From Fimbriosthenelais zetlandica (Eukaryota): a stretch of DNA of 64,000 nucleotides. The position numbers and the translations under genes are program-made. Shown piece after piece: positions 51,781 to 64,000 of the stretch (position 1 is the first letter of the stretch; each line of letters begins with the position of its first letter). The notes under the pieces were generated by a model. That model made no database searches. It was not told where the DNA came from and saw only the letters and a program-made list of their open reading frames with translations. Location: positions 21,700,001 through 21,764,000 of the forward strand of contig OZ365113.1 in NCBI GenBank assembly GCA_977030845.1, written 5' to 3'.

Positions 51781-51870
51781 TTAAAACTGCATACGGGTGA
51801 CGATAAATCGTTTCAATACCTGGGAGTGTTTCGATACAAGTTAACATGGACCAAGAACATTAATAGAAAC
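51781..51870 (+). mobile_element. Decayed LINE reverse-transcriptase fragment (thumb region)
   Basis: KSFQYLGVFRYKLTWTKNIN resembles the non-LTR RT motif FKYLGVxxDxKLxWxxHI. Very short and degenerate. Confidence 0.45.
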
Positions 51871-54800
51871 TACGGCCAATTTAGAGAAGGCTTTCATAGA
51901 ACGCAAAATAATGAAAAGTTTCTGAGGAAACGCCCAGGCCGTAAATCATAGAGCTCCATTGACACAAGAAACATTACAAGGAAAGGAGGCTTTTTTCTTA
52001 GGGAGAAAATGGCGTCTGCCCCGAGAGGGGGATTGAATGGCAATGGTGATTGATAATGAGAAGGCAGAGAGAGAAGGCTGGGGATCTCTGTCAATGGAAC
52101 ACTACATGCATGTCCATCACAACTTTGCCCTCTGCCGGATTTAGCACGCGACTACTACCATATACAGACAACCACACCCCAACCTCCAGGGTCAGTAATG
52201 TCAGGATGAAAGTGTTATTGAAATCATGATGCAATGTCATTCTATCAATGATGCTGATGAAGTCTTCTTTGTTGATATTCCTGATGATTTGCAAATGGCG
52301 ACCACAACGATCTGGTATTATGAAATCAAATACAGCGAAGGATGTGGGTTCAATGGCACTTAATGAGAGATAAAGAAGGGATGGTGGGAGTATGTGACAA
52401 AAATATTGTCAGACTAGTTCGCAGTAAAGGAATTATAGCAGCTTGTCAGGTTGCGCATTATCTACGGGCTGGTAAAGTGTCCTGTGTGGGAGATAATGCA
52501 CTAGTACAAAAATGGCCTTTCAGACTGAAATAGTATTTGAGGAAGGGTTTGGCACAGGGGGCCACGGTTATTGAAAAGCGCACCTGAGGCCCGCCTCAAA
52601 TGTTATCATACTCCACTATTTGATAAACTCACAGACAGCTTATGGCCAGTAACTTGTGGCACTGCAAGACCTTGCATCTTAACCTGCAGGGCGCCTCACC
52701 AACTGACAGTATCGCAATGGAAGTTAGTCTTCCCACACAAAGGAAGCAATCAGACTCTTTCAAATGGGCCTTGGTGTCATTGGTATTAATATTACTTAAG
52801 AGGGATTAGTCGAAGTGACAATATTTTTATATAATGGCCATATAGAGTTACAACCTTATTTTGAAGTCTCCCATTAGATATTAAGTTATGGCAGAATGCA
52901 AATCTTGACAAGAGACACTAGCAAGAATCCTGAGATTCAAGCCAGAAGGAGCTTTGATGCATATTAGCCTCTGCTCAGAAGGGAATTGTATATGGACATA
53001 GATAATGTTAACATCCTCACAGTTATTGTTAGACATCCTCACAGTTATTGTGACAAAGTATTCTCTGTGGGCACCATGAGAAGATGGCTAAGATTCTAAT
53101 GATTATGCTTCAAATATGTATACGTTTCATCTATTGTTCACTCAGATAACTGTGTGTTTGAAGCAATGGGGATGCTACCCAACCATCCTTACTATATTCA
53201 AGACTCTAATATCACAAAATAATTCTAAAACAAAAGCGATGACCATAAATTTAGCAAAGAGTAGGACAAGAAAAGGGACAACGACATGATCAAAGGCGCA
53301 GATGATTGGAAGCTAGGAATAAATCTCATGAAATTAGATGCTTTCCATTCTATTCAACTGAAATAAGTTTAAAGACTTGGGCAGTGAACGTGAGAAACTC
53401 ACAATCAGAGTGGGCAGTGTTGTGCGTAAATCAGGGTTTGTGAAGGTAATTAGACTTCCGCATCTTAGTCTGCCACCAGCTGCAGAAGCAGAGCGTGAAA
53501 GGAGCACGACCTTGCAAAGCAATTAAAGTCACCAGAGAGAAGGAAATAGGAAATCCGAGACAGAGAAGGGCAGGCTGGGAGTGAATGGGAGAGAGTAATG
53601 TTAGCAGCGAGGGCAGGTAGTGAGTGTATGTAGCCAGCGGCTGTAGGGTCGATGGACCGGGCTTGCCCATTCACTTGTCCAGCTCGGAGCACTCGACAAG
53701 CTATCCAAACATGCCGGCTCTCCACAGAGCAACTCCCTGAGCAACTCTGCCTGTGTGAGTTGCTCTTGTAACTCTCACTCTGACTCGTGCCAGATGGCAA
53801 TGTGTGTTGGGAGGACATTCAGTGCTCTCATCCAAGTACACAAGGTGCCTACTTAGTCTGCGGGCGGTGCAGCGCAGTACAGGAAGAGCATCTAATGAAG
53901 CATCAAGCGACAGCATTGTAGTGTTCAATACAACCGATAAGCATTCTGATGGCTGAATCCATTTTTGCTCCACCACTCCAAAGTGACTGGTGTATGGAGT
54001 GAAAGCATTCTGCCGATACAATCCAAAGCCTGAGGCAAAAACGTTTTACAGGTCCATTATAGGTCACTATGCTCAGCATCGAGAGAAACTTTCCTCTCAT
54101 GAATAAAATAGTAGTGATAAGTATTTCCTTTATATACCATCATTTAACCCCAATCATCATTGGCAATGCACTGAAAGTGATATTGCGGGGCGGGCACAGG
54201 TTTGTACAATATGCAATTCACGTCGTCCGAAAGTACTAGCCCCTGCAGTAAGGTGTGATTTGTTATTTCCAACATCCCACAGTTTCATTACCATTAACAC
54301 AATACAAAACACTGCTGTTTGGTCATGAAAAATGCAAGAGGCTCATAATTACTATTCACTTTGTAGCAGAGAACTCCTGGTTCCAGCACTAACCAATAAC
54401 AAAGCCTAGACCAATGGATGATGCTTTGTATAAAGCTTTGCCAACGGCATCAAGTCCTTGTTCCCCTGACAAAATGGGTTGCCATTAACATATCCCTTTA
54501 TGAAAGTTCCCTGCAGAAACTGACCCTAAGAGGCAGAGAGAGGAAAGCTTCGCCGTTGCTTTAGACTGATTACCTAGTTTCAGACAAGGGATTAACCAGA
54601 TTATTCCAAGGTATCTTCCCACAATACCACATCAGTGAATGATTACCTCGGTTCAACGCCTCGTCATCCTCAGGCCTTGTTAGTAACACAGCAAACTGAG
54701 TAGGCAGGATAATGATATTCGTTAAAGGACCAGTGGATCCCTTTAGAATTATCAGAGAAAGACGACCCGGTCATCCTTATCTTTCGTTCCTTCACATCTC

Positions 54801-57800
54801 CATTAGGAGCTGTAGGGAGGTCCCGCAGTGCCGCTTTTATGAGATAACATCGCAGGACAAAAGAGCTAACAAGGTTTCCTCCACCGACATAGTAAAGTCA
54901 AGGTTGTACAGCTCGTTCATTTTCGTCACAAATTCAACCGCTTATAAAAAGGATTATTCCTCTTTTGTTCATTACCCAAGAGTTGTCCAGTTAGGAATAA
55001 AAAGACCAGGAGGTTTTGTGAATCAAATTTCCTGCTTCATAGAAAACTCCTTTTCTTCCCTATATAATTTACTACTGTTTTAATATAAATATGACCTATC
55101 GAAATGACATGTATCAGCTCCACTTTGCAACAGACAGATCACAATAAGTCAATCAAAAAGTATCTTGTCTTGATATTGAAGTTGTGTCGAGCTTTCATTA
55201 ATTGCCTCGGGTCTTAAGTCTTCTCTCGAAGTCAAGACTTTTTCAGAACACTCGGGTAGAAGATGATGACTGGGAAAAGAGTCAAAAAGGCTTTAGGGCG
55301 GGGCTTAATGGGATTTCAGATTAGAACCCATTAGTCGGTGAGAGATGTAATCTTTGTCGTGATAATCATCTCTACTAGGTCTTGATGTTCACGTTTTGTT
55401 TGCAATGGAATGGAGGCGTTCTTGACATTGTGATCATAGCTCATGCTCAAAGATTTCACTAGCACGAAGGTGTCCTGGACAAAGAGAAGCATATTCCCTA
55501 TATAATGGCACAGTTTCTCTTTGGCAGTTAAGCACTGTCCAGCTCATAATTTCAAGTTCCTTTATTTGGATCACCTGATCCATCCAATTTCTTGAGGAAT
55601 TTGAGCAGCATTTCATCAGGATTATGACAATCATGCACAAGTCCTGATGTGAAAGAAATCAAACCCATTCTGAGTGAATGACCAGCAGTGATGAAAACCT
55701 CATCAATCAGGATCAAGATGCAATGTATAGTGAACCTGAGCAGCTCCGACTCAAGTTACGAATTTTGTAGATCTTGCCTGTTTATTAACATTCTCCTGCA
55801 GGAATAAATAAGCTAACTTTTTGCGATTTTGGATTTTTGCAGTTTAATATCTGTCGGTTGAAGACGAGGGAAACGACAGGTCTAGGCCATGATTGTTTAT
55901 GAAAATCAACATGGAGACTTTCTCATATTACCCACAAACTGACAGCAAACTTTCAAAAAGATGAATTACATCATGAATGCTGATGGCAGCTATGTTTTAA
56001 ATATTTAATCGCCCAGTTTCCCCCCTGAGCACAATATATGAATGTTGATGATAAATAACACACCTTTCAGTGTTAAGCTATTTCTGTCCACCTTTACTAT
56101 TCTTTTATATGTGGCCGCCCTCGGTGAATGACGGCCTCCCAGCAGGCCGTAAAGCCACATTCACAGTTCTGCACAGAGAATGGATGCTGCATGGCTGGAG
56201 ACGGGAGTGGGCAGAAGAAGAGACGGACACGTCACGTCCCCACAAAAACCAATGCAGACCAAGGGCAAGAAATTAACTACATGACCAAAACGAGACACAG
56301 GGAAGATCCCTCCCCGGCATGAGAGGTGTATATTACAAGAAAAGGACTCCAAGGTGAACATGTCCTGGCAGGCAAGACAGTGGTGAACGAATGTTATGAG
56401 AAGATGTAGTTAGGCCTACTGTTAAAGGTTGATTTTCGTGCTTTGTAATACAGAAGCACGTCAGGAGAATGTTTCAAATCATCTTTTACTACTACATGAT
56501 AGATGTGTACAATATTTCTTCACATATATATGTCATATCCAATCCATAATAGAACAATGGCTATAGATGAACATCATGAAATATTCTAATGCTCTGCCGT
56601 TTTTGGCAGAAACTTAAGAAGGAAAGCACGCACACACCTACATCGTCTTCATGGAATATCTTAACTGCGTGGGATGCACTGAGAGTATACCACCTTTGAA
56701 AACATTGACAAAAGGAAATTGATCCAGTTACCAAGCTAAAAAGAACTGATATGTAATAGTGCCTAAAACATTTATGTCGTCTAACTGGTTTTTAGTCAGA
56801 GTGCGGTTCTGTACCTGCTAAAGCACATTATTCATCTTGATAAAAGCCTGCAGTGGTGCAGGGATATATATTTTTCCTGGGAAGAGAGCAAAACAGCATG
56901 ATTTGTGTGCTAGCCCTGGATATCTATTATGGATACAACCAAAAAGGCAGGTGTATTGGTGGGCCTGTCCTCTCCAGTTAATGTCCCAGTGAGTAGTACT
57001 TGGCGTGCGGTCTGTAGCATATGTCCCAAGTTACAGCTACATGCCACCATAAAGTGCCCAGTGCTGGATCAGGCCGGATCTATCCCCAATGATGTGGGAC
57101 GCCTGGCCAATATGAGGCAATATGCAGGACGAGAAATAGCGAAAGAGTGAGGGAGAACGAAAAGGACATAAAAGAAGTGAAGTAGCGCGGTTTGGGTGGG
57201 TTTTTTTTATTCAGCGGAAGGAAGAAGACTGATTAAGGAAGTACACTGCTTTCCTTATACAGAAGGGCAATGTGTAGCTAAGCAAGTGTGGCAGTATAGC
57301 ACATTGAAGAAAAAATTACGTTATCCTGGCTATAGTTTACGGATGAGACAAGAGATTGCAAAGACAGCTAGCTTCTACTCAAAGAGGGAGTGGACGGGAA
57401 GTGGAGAATAGGCATGCAGTCACAAGCAGGAGTAAGTACCTATTGGAACCCCCGAGCTTTTAAACATGGGCCCATTTTATGACATGATGCTAGCAATAAG
57501 CAAGGACACTTCTTGACCAATCCCACTATGGGATAATCATCCTGGTACATTAGTGACTATAGCACTGAGCTATGAGGCAGCTTTCAGGTTTCTCCTCTGG
57601 CAAGATTATGACCATGTTTAGAGCGGGAAACGAGATTGTCTCTTCTTTCCCCGGCACTCTGTACCTGGCCATTGTACTCCCCCCATTGCTAAAGGCAAGC
57701 AGCTGTTCCTACATCATGGTAACCTAATAAAGATCCATTGTTCTAAACAAAGTCTCCACCGCAATATTGGCGCCAGTGGAATAACTTAATGCATGATACT

Positions 57801-60800
57801 TAAGTCCACTTTGTATTCTGTCTCCTCCCTCCACCCACCAGCCTCCCATTCTTTCCATCTCCATACTGCTCACTAAAACAGCGTGTCTGTTCTACCGACA
57901 AACCCCGGGCAATTAAGTCAATGTCAATGAGAATTTGCATTATGTTCAATCTATCCACATAGAGGCGGCTTGCCTTATTGAAAGGCAATTGAAAATCGAG
58001 TATGTGTTGATGTCCTTGTGAAAGGCAGGGCGAAAGCAATATCTGCTTGTACAATGAAGAGACATTCAGATCAGTTGAACAATCAGTTATTAGAAAATGA
58101 TTATCTGGGAGAGAGATAATGAAAGTGATATTTGATCAAGGTGTAATAATAGACTTGTTCTGGACCATGAATTTATTGCTATTTGATAGAGTTATGTTGC
58201 TATTATAATGAATAACAAATGAGTCCGTCACTGAGTGTGAGCTATCCGTCTTTGGGCTGGTCGGGCTAGTCTGGCCGGCCACCTTTTACTGGCTAATAGG
58301 TCATCTGTCAGAAGCAGCACATATATCATTCACTCCATTCACGAGCCGCTCGCCAAGGACTTCCTGACAATTTGGCCTGATGGCATCCCAAGATTACTAT
58401 CTGTCCACTAGCCTACATCAGTGTCAGGTCCGAGAAGACATTTGGTTTCTTGTGGCGACTCCATGCAAATGGCCACCTGCCATTTTCACCTCTTAACATG
58501 ATACTGTATCCTAGTTCCTGCTCATAAAAGCGAGACTAAAGTGAAAGTCATTTGGAAGTAAAAGAAGCTTCACTGGGAGGCCTACATTTTGGTTGTGTTT
58601 CTAAGCCGATTATCTAAGTAGGGCAAATGGCGAGTAGGGAGCAAAGGGAAAGTGCACTCTAGACACTAATGGCTAAGCCAGACTTTAAAAAGGATTCTCG
58701 GAGCAGGAGGAGAATGGAAGAGAGAGTGAATAGACAAGATTTCCCAGTTCAACACCGCATCAAGTATTTAATGATATTTCTCACTCATCACCGGACTTTT
58801 AGAAGTCTTCATCAGGAGTTTATAACAGACAAATGAAGCCATATCTCTCTCGACTATAGCCTCGGAAAAAAAGTGGTTGGATGTTGTGGGACCCATTTAT
58901 ATACCCGGGGCGCTATAAATTGAACAAAGGCTCCCGCCATATATATCATATCCAGGGGGTTATGAATAATTGATTCAGTTTTAATATATCCTGGTGCAGG
59001 GCCCACAGCAGCTTCCTATTGTGAAAATAGCTCCGGCAAAACACACAGATAAAAGGGGTCGAGCGGAAAAGCAATCAACTTCGTTTCAAAAGGCAATTGG
59101 CTGATATATTACTGAATGGAAGGTTACAGCTGAGTATACTCCCCAGCCAACCCTGGAAATGTATTACTCTTTAACCCTCATGAGCCCAGCCTTTAAGGAG
59201 TAAAATCAATAGGAGCTGCTCCACTTAAGATGTCACAAGTAATTCAAGCAGAAGACCCCATGATGAATTCAGACTTGTTAGAGCAATTCTCATGCGATTA
59301 TAAAGAGGTCAGACCTACCTTGTTCCTACATGAGTACATGAGAAGTTGGTGGGAGTGGCGGTGGATGGGGAGAGTGGATATATAGAGAGCAGGTAGTCTG
59401 AGGGTGAGCTGCTCAGTGGAGAAGATGGGCTCTTGGTAGGGGTGGACACCTGTATGGAGCAAGAGGTGTCAGATAACGCGTGGAATCATGGCTTCAGGGT
59501 AGGTATCTCTGTGCCACTCAGAACGCATATACACAGCTGATATGCTCAAGTCAGAATCGAGAGCAACTCATGTAAATCTCACTAGGGGCTGGTTTCTAGT
59601 GTACCAAGGGAAGAGAGCTAACGGCAAAAGTACGACTTGCTGGCCTCTCAGTCCACCTCAGACGGCAGTAGAACGTCCTGTAATGGTCTCTACTGAACAT
59701 TTATCCTACTTGTTATTTGATTTTTATACAGCTGTGGTTCATCTGAACGTCCCAGAGCATGAATGTATGAATGTCTCTATTCAAATCAGAACTGTTCCCC
59801 AGCCAACACCATCTGAGTTGCTCTACAGTTTACGATATGGCAGGATCCAGTCATCGTCCAAAGTTCACTATAGAGATAGCAGCACAAAAAACTAATGGGT
59901 TAGGAGGCGATGGAGGCATCTGGTGGGGCTGTCTGGTTTCTGGAGCTGATTGATTCAGACAGCTAGATGACACTAGCCATGATTAAAGTTCCACTGACAT
60001 AGACCGGTGGGAGGGGAGTCTGTAGTATTAGCTCCACAGCCCTGTGGTCTATATGTCCTTAATGATGAATCCTCCTGGGTCCCGCCTCCACTGTGGCGGC
60101 TGGAGGAAGATGAGCAAGTGTTTGCACGATGGCAGATCACCCATGACAAGCCACAGGCACCGCAAAAGAGTTGTGAAAAAGCTGGTCTTATTGGATTCTT
60201 TCCTGGTCGATGCGGAACAGGTCGCACATACTAATGGAATGTGTTTGGAGGAGGATTTGACGGCAGCTTTTCAGCCTGTCTTCTTACTCCTATACCAGCA
60301 AAGTTTCCATCTCCTTCCTGATGACCTGAGTCAGTGTTGGTGAGAGAGCCAGCACTGTTACTAATGCCGGGCTCACGCCGGGCATCTGCTTTTATTGTGG
60401 AGGGATCCTCCACCTCCTCCTTCTCCTCTGCTGCTGCTGCCGCCACTATTGCCGCCCTTGCACTAGTCTAGCTCCCTCGTCTGAGCACAGAGTCAGACCA
60501 AAGCTACTGCTGAAATGAGTGGCTCATACACTCCCCCCAATGACTCAAGTCACCCACTCCCGCTTCTCTAGGCCTACTGCAGGCAGTCCTCCCAAGTCAT
60601 ATCCCCGTTTGAGTAAGGATGTTTGTGACATTTCCCTAACAAGTTCATTATTGAATCAATTTCCTATCATGATGGTTTGTAAATATTCGGCAGCGCATCA
60701 TTTGAAACAACTGCAATAGTCTGATGGGGTCAGACGGGAATTTGTGTTCGCATGATATATCTGTCTCTGTCAGTGAGAAATAGCATTATGTTATGTCATC

Positions 60801-63784
60801 AGCTATGACACTTGACATGTATCAAACAAACAGCTAGGTCCCAATAACACAGAGACCAGTTCGATTGTATGGAGGCCTATACATGTTGTTACAAACAAAA
60901 TGTAAAAAGAACCACAATTTTAGCCTTTGCTTAAAGGAATGTATAAAACCAATCGATTCAACAGATGAATAGATCAATGGATAGATAACTTACTTGCAGA
61001 GAGGTATCCGAAGTCCATATGCTATTTCCGTTCTGAAACATACAGAAATCATATACATATATACTTAAGTTCATTCAATGAAATTAGACATGAATTGGCC
61101 AGATTCAGTTCATTTATGTATCTCAGTCGATGCATGGTTGGAATTTCTCCGAAAATGTCTAACTTTTAAGCTGAGGATACACCCAAATGTCCGATCGATG
61201 ACTTTTTGAGTGCTAATCAGACAAAAAGATCATTGATCGATGTCCCATGCATCCAAGTCGTAAAACAATATAAAATTCTGCTTATTCACCTATTATCTCC
61301 AAAGTTTTTATAAAATGTATCAAAACCCTTTGATGTGATGTTTATGCACTGGGTGACACATTAAACTCAACAGTTTGTGGTAGAATATTCATATTTTACT
61401 TTACAAATGTACAGCATATTCGTTTCACTGCGCTATACTGAAACTACTGCCAAAGTGTTATATCAGCAAAGACACTCCATACTCCTAAAAGGTATAGATC
61501 ACTCCAATACAGGGTTTTAGACACTTTGGGTCCATTCAGGTCTGTATTTTACAGTCTTTGTTACCACGCATTTAGCACTCTCAGGGATCGATTTATTTTA
61601 GTTATTTCATATATCACATCCACACCGTTCATAACAAACGCCTTTCCACACCTCACACAAGCCAAACCTAGCTGTGGGCTGTGGAAGAATTGTATAATTG
61701 TTATCCACGTGATTATCCCTGCTTATATAAAGGCCGGTAGGCGGTTCTGCCAGCTTTGCAGACATAAGATATGGAGGGTAAATAGATGGCAAGGCAAATG
61801 AGGGAAATGGCTGAGGGGCAACTGGAAAATGTACCTTACAATGAGATATTCACCTGAGGAAATGTGAAATATAATGGGCCTGAGGTAGAGTAATTGTAAT
61901 GGATGGTGACGTGGAGTATTAAGATGGTGAAATGTGTCTGGTAAAGCGGGGGCGGGTCATAGGCTCATTACAGATCTTGTGGAGATAGACCGTGATGAAT
62001 GAATGAAACTGGCTGGTGAAGACAGCAACATCATCCTCCACACAGCTAATGACACTGAGCAGCAGACCAACCTTGTATAAAAAGGTATTATGGAGACATG
62101 AGTTAACCCCTTAGTAGAAAATTCCCCGAGCTCACGACATGGGAATAATGCAATTTGGGGACATATATATAAGTAAGATTTCTCCGGCAGGAGACCCTCT
62201 TACAAAAGGTCAGGTATATTCATTAGGGGGAACTGAGATAAGTTCCTCTCGTGGAGGAGCTTCCGCATTAAGGCAAGAAAATATAAAGACACATGGGGCA
62301 CAATCATAATGTCTCCTTCTCGCCAAGTCATCAACCGAAAAAAGCCTGAAAGACAACAGCGTCGGAGAGACATAGTAAACTAAATACGAAGGAAGGTTTC
62401 TTGAACAGGCCACTTCCTGTATGGTATATTTGTGGGAATAAGATGGTAAGAAACCATTGTGAAGTTGCAACTCGTGATGTGATGTAAAAAACCTCTTACT
62501 ACTAGACAAATCACTAGTTCTTATGCCCACACACTATGAGAACATTATTTCATCCACCACTGCACTGAGTAGATTTGTCAGTGGAAGACAAAGCCCACCT
62601 ACACACTCAGTCACGAAGCTGATCAGGATGAGGGGGAGATATTATAGAAGCTATAGCACTGCACATAGGCCCCTTCACACATTATCACTGTCAATACTGG
62701 AATCACGTTATCCCAAAGTCTTTCTCTCACTCAAATAAGAAAACATCTCCCCATTGAGGAAGCTCGCTCACTTCACTCACCGCCATCATGTCAGATGTTC
62801 AGTCAGGCCCGGTGAGTAAGTTGAGCATCATCAATGTGATGGGTCAGTACCGGGCCTTTTATCAGCAACAAAAGAATCCTTCTAAGGACTTCCGCAACCC
62901 CCATAGTCATTGACGTCTATCCATTAGGACCAACTGGACTTAGCGTTCTGCATCCACCTTTCAATGATGGAGTGAGGGTAAACCAAGACCTGACAGAATT
63001 CTCACAGACAGTGGTCAATTCCTCCATGGCCTTCGGGCTCAGAGTCGTGACCAATTCAAATTAATAACCAGAAGTAATAATTCCATTACGGAAGACGCAC
63101 AACTTGTTTACAAGGCCTTATTAGGTGAAGATTACATAGGTCAAAATAATTAAAGCATAAAATCTGTACATTCATAGTAAAAAATGAGTCGTACATATAA
63201 AGCTAATTCCAGCACGAATGGGCCAAGAGTCAAAGAGTCTTGTAGAAAAAGTACTCAAGTTACAATCGCCTGCAGCATACAATCACACGTAGACAATATG
63301 GACTCTAACTATACAAGTGTATAACAGTATCAAAGAATTGCCTGGATTTTGCACTGAATATTTATGTACAGGTAGTTTCTTTCAGGTCTACGATTTGTAG
63401 ATTAAATGGGGGAATGTTAACATTTACAAATGTATGGCACAATTCTGGATCCAAAATGGAAGAGTATATATCTTTGAAATAGAAACGTTCCTTTAGAAGA
63501 AGGATGTCTGGGTGTTGTGCTTCTATCAATAAAGGATTCTGACAGTAGAGGAATATGTAGTAGAAGATGAAAGCCGTTTTAACTTAAAACAGTCTGTACA
63601 AATGTAATGCGGATATCGTAGATATCCGAGGGTTGCTCTATTGGTCTGCTTTCAAAGGATATGTTGTAAATTTCATTTTAAGCCAGCAATGCGTCGAAAG
63701 AAAGGTAAAAAGGGCCATTTATATCTAGAAATCAACAAGATAGAGGGCAATCCATGACAAATTTAGTAATGTTGCGATTTAAAT

Positions 63785-63875
63785 AGAGAGGGTGGAGAGG
63801 GAGGCGGGAGAGAGGGAGAGAGGGGGAAGAGTGAGAAGCGGAGAGAGCAGGGGGAGAGAGGGAGAGGGAAGGAGG
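63785..63875. repeat. GA-rich polypurine low-complexity tract
   Basis: About 90 nt, nearly all G/A. Confidence 0.85.
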
Positions 63876-64000
63876 CTTGTCAGGGGTAAAAATGAAAAAC
63901 AGCTTTCAGAATTGATTGAATCTTTGGCAGAAATGCTCTTCGTTGATCAAAGCTTCAGACAAAATTAGCATCAGTCAATGGCTTCAAAGGAACCCTGGTC

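Noticed and set aside
52200-52430. Protein-like + strand frames with stops (also at about 28450-29530 and 54650-54900 on - strand)
   Set aside because: Possibly very old transposon or pseudogene debris, but no motif could be identified, so no call was made.
61883-61904. TGAGGTAGAGTAATTGTAATGG, with a let-7-like seed (also CTATACAATCTA at 23471, resembling let-7-3p)
   Set aside because: Neither has a complementary arm nearby to form a pre-miRNA hairpin.

Overview
Eukaryotic (animal, probably invertebrate; species not determinable) genomic DNA. 1) 1-17.3 kb: two tandem + strand copies of a spliced NPR/GC-A-type receptor guanylyl cyclase. Copy 2 (8630-16205) assembles by hand into 20 GT-AG exons, 1038 aa: signal peptide, ANF-receptor ectodomain, TM, kinase-homology domain, coiled coil, guanylyl cyclase domain. 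Copy 1 (exons 3-20; 5' end outside the window) looks identical by eye to copy 2 from base 1 to 6164, introns included, except for an intronic 27-bp VNTR (14 vs 18 units). Identity stops 5 nt into the last intron and the 3' ends are diverged paralogous sequence. This pattern fits a very recent unequal crossover creating a hybrid gene. Copy 2's 3' region also carries a 507-bp MITE whose empty site is visible in copy 1. 2) 24005-26005 (- strand): intronless CDS of POMGNT2 (GT61 plus C-terminal FN3). 3) About 26-64 kb: no confidently recognisable gene, only LINE and DNA-transposon relics, simple repeats, hairpins and motif clusters. No prokaryotic-type system (CRISPR, operon) is present. Most short ORFs in the track are exon fragments or noise. 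I found no clearly new biological system; the strongest observations concern the duplication architecture, the VNTR and the MITE.
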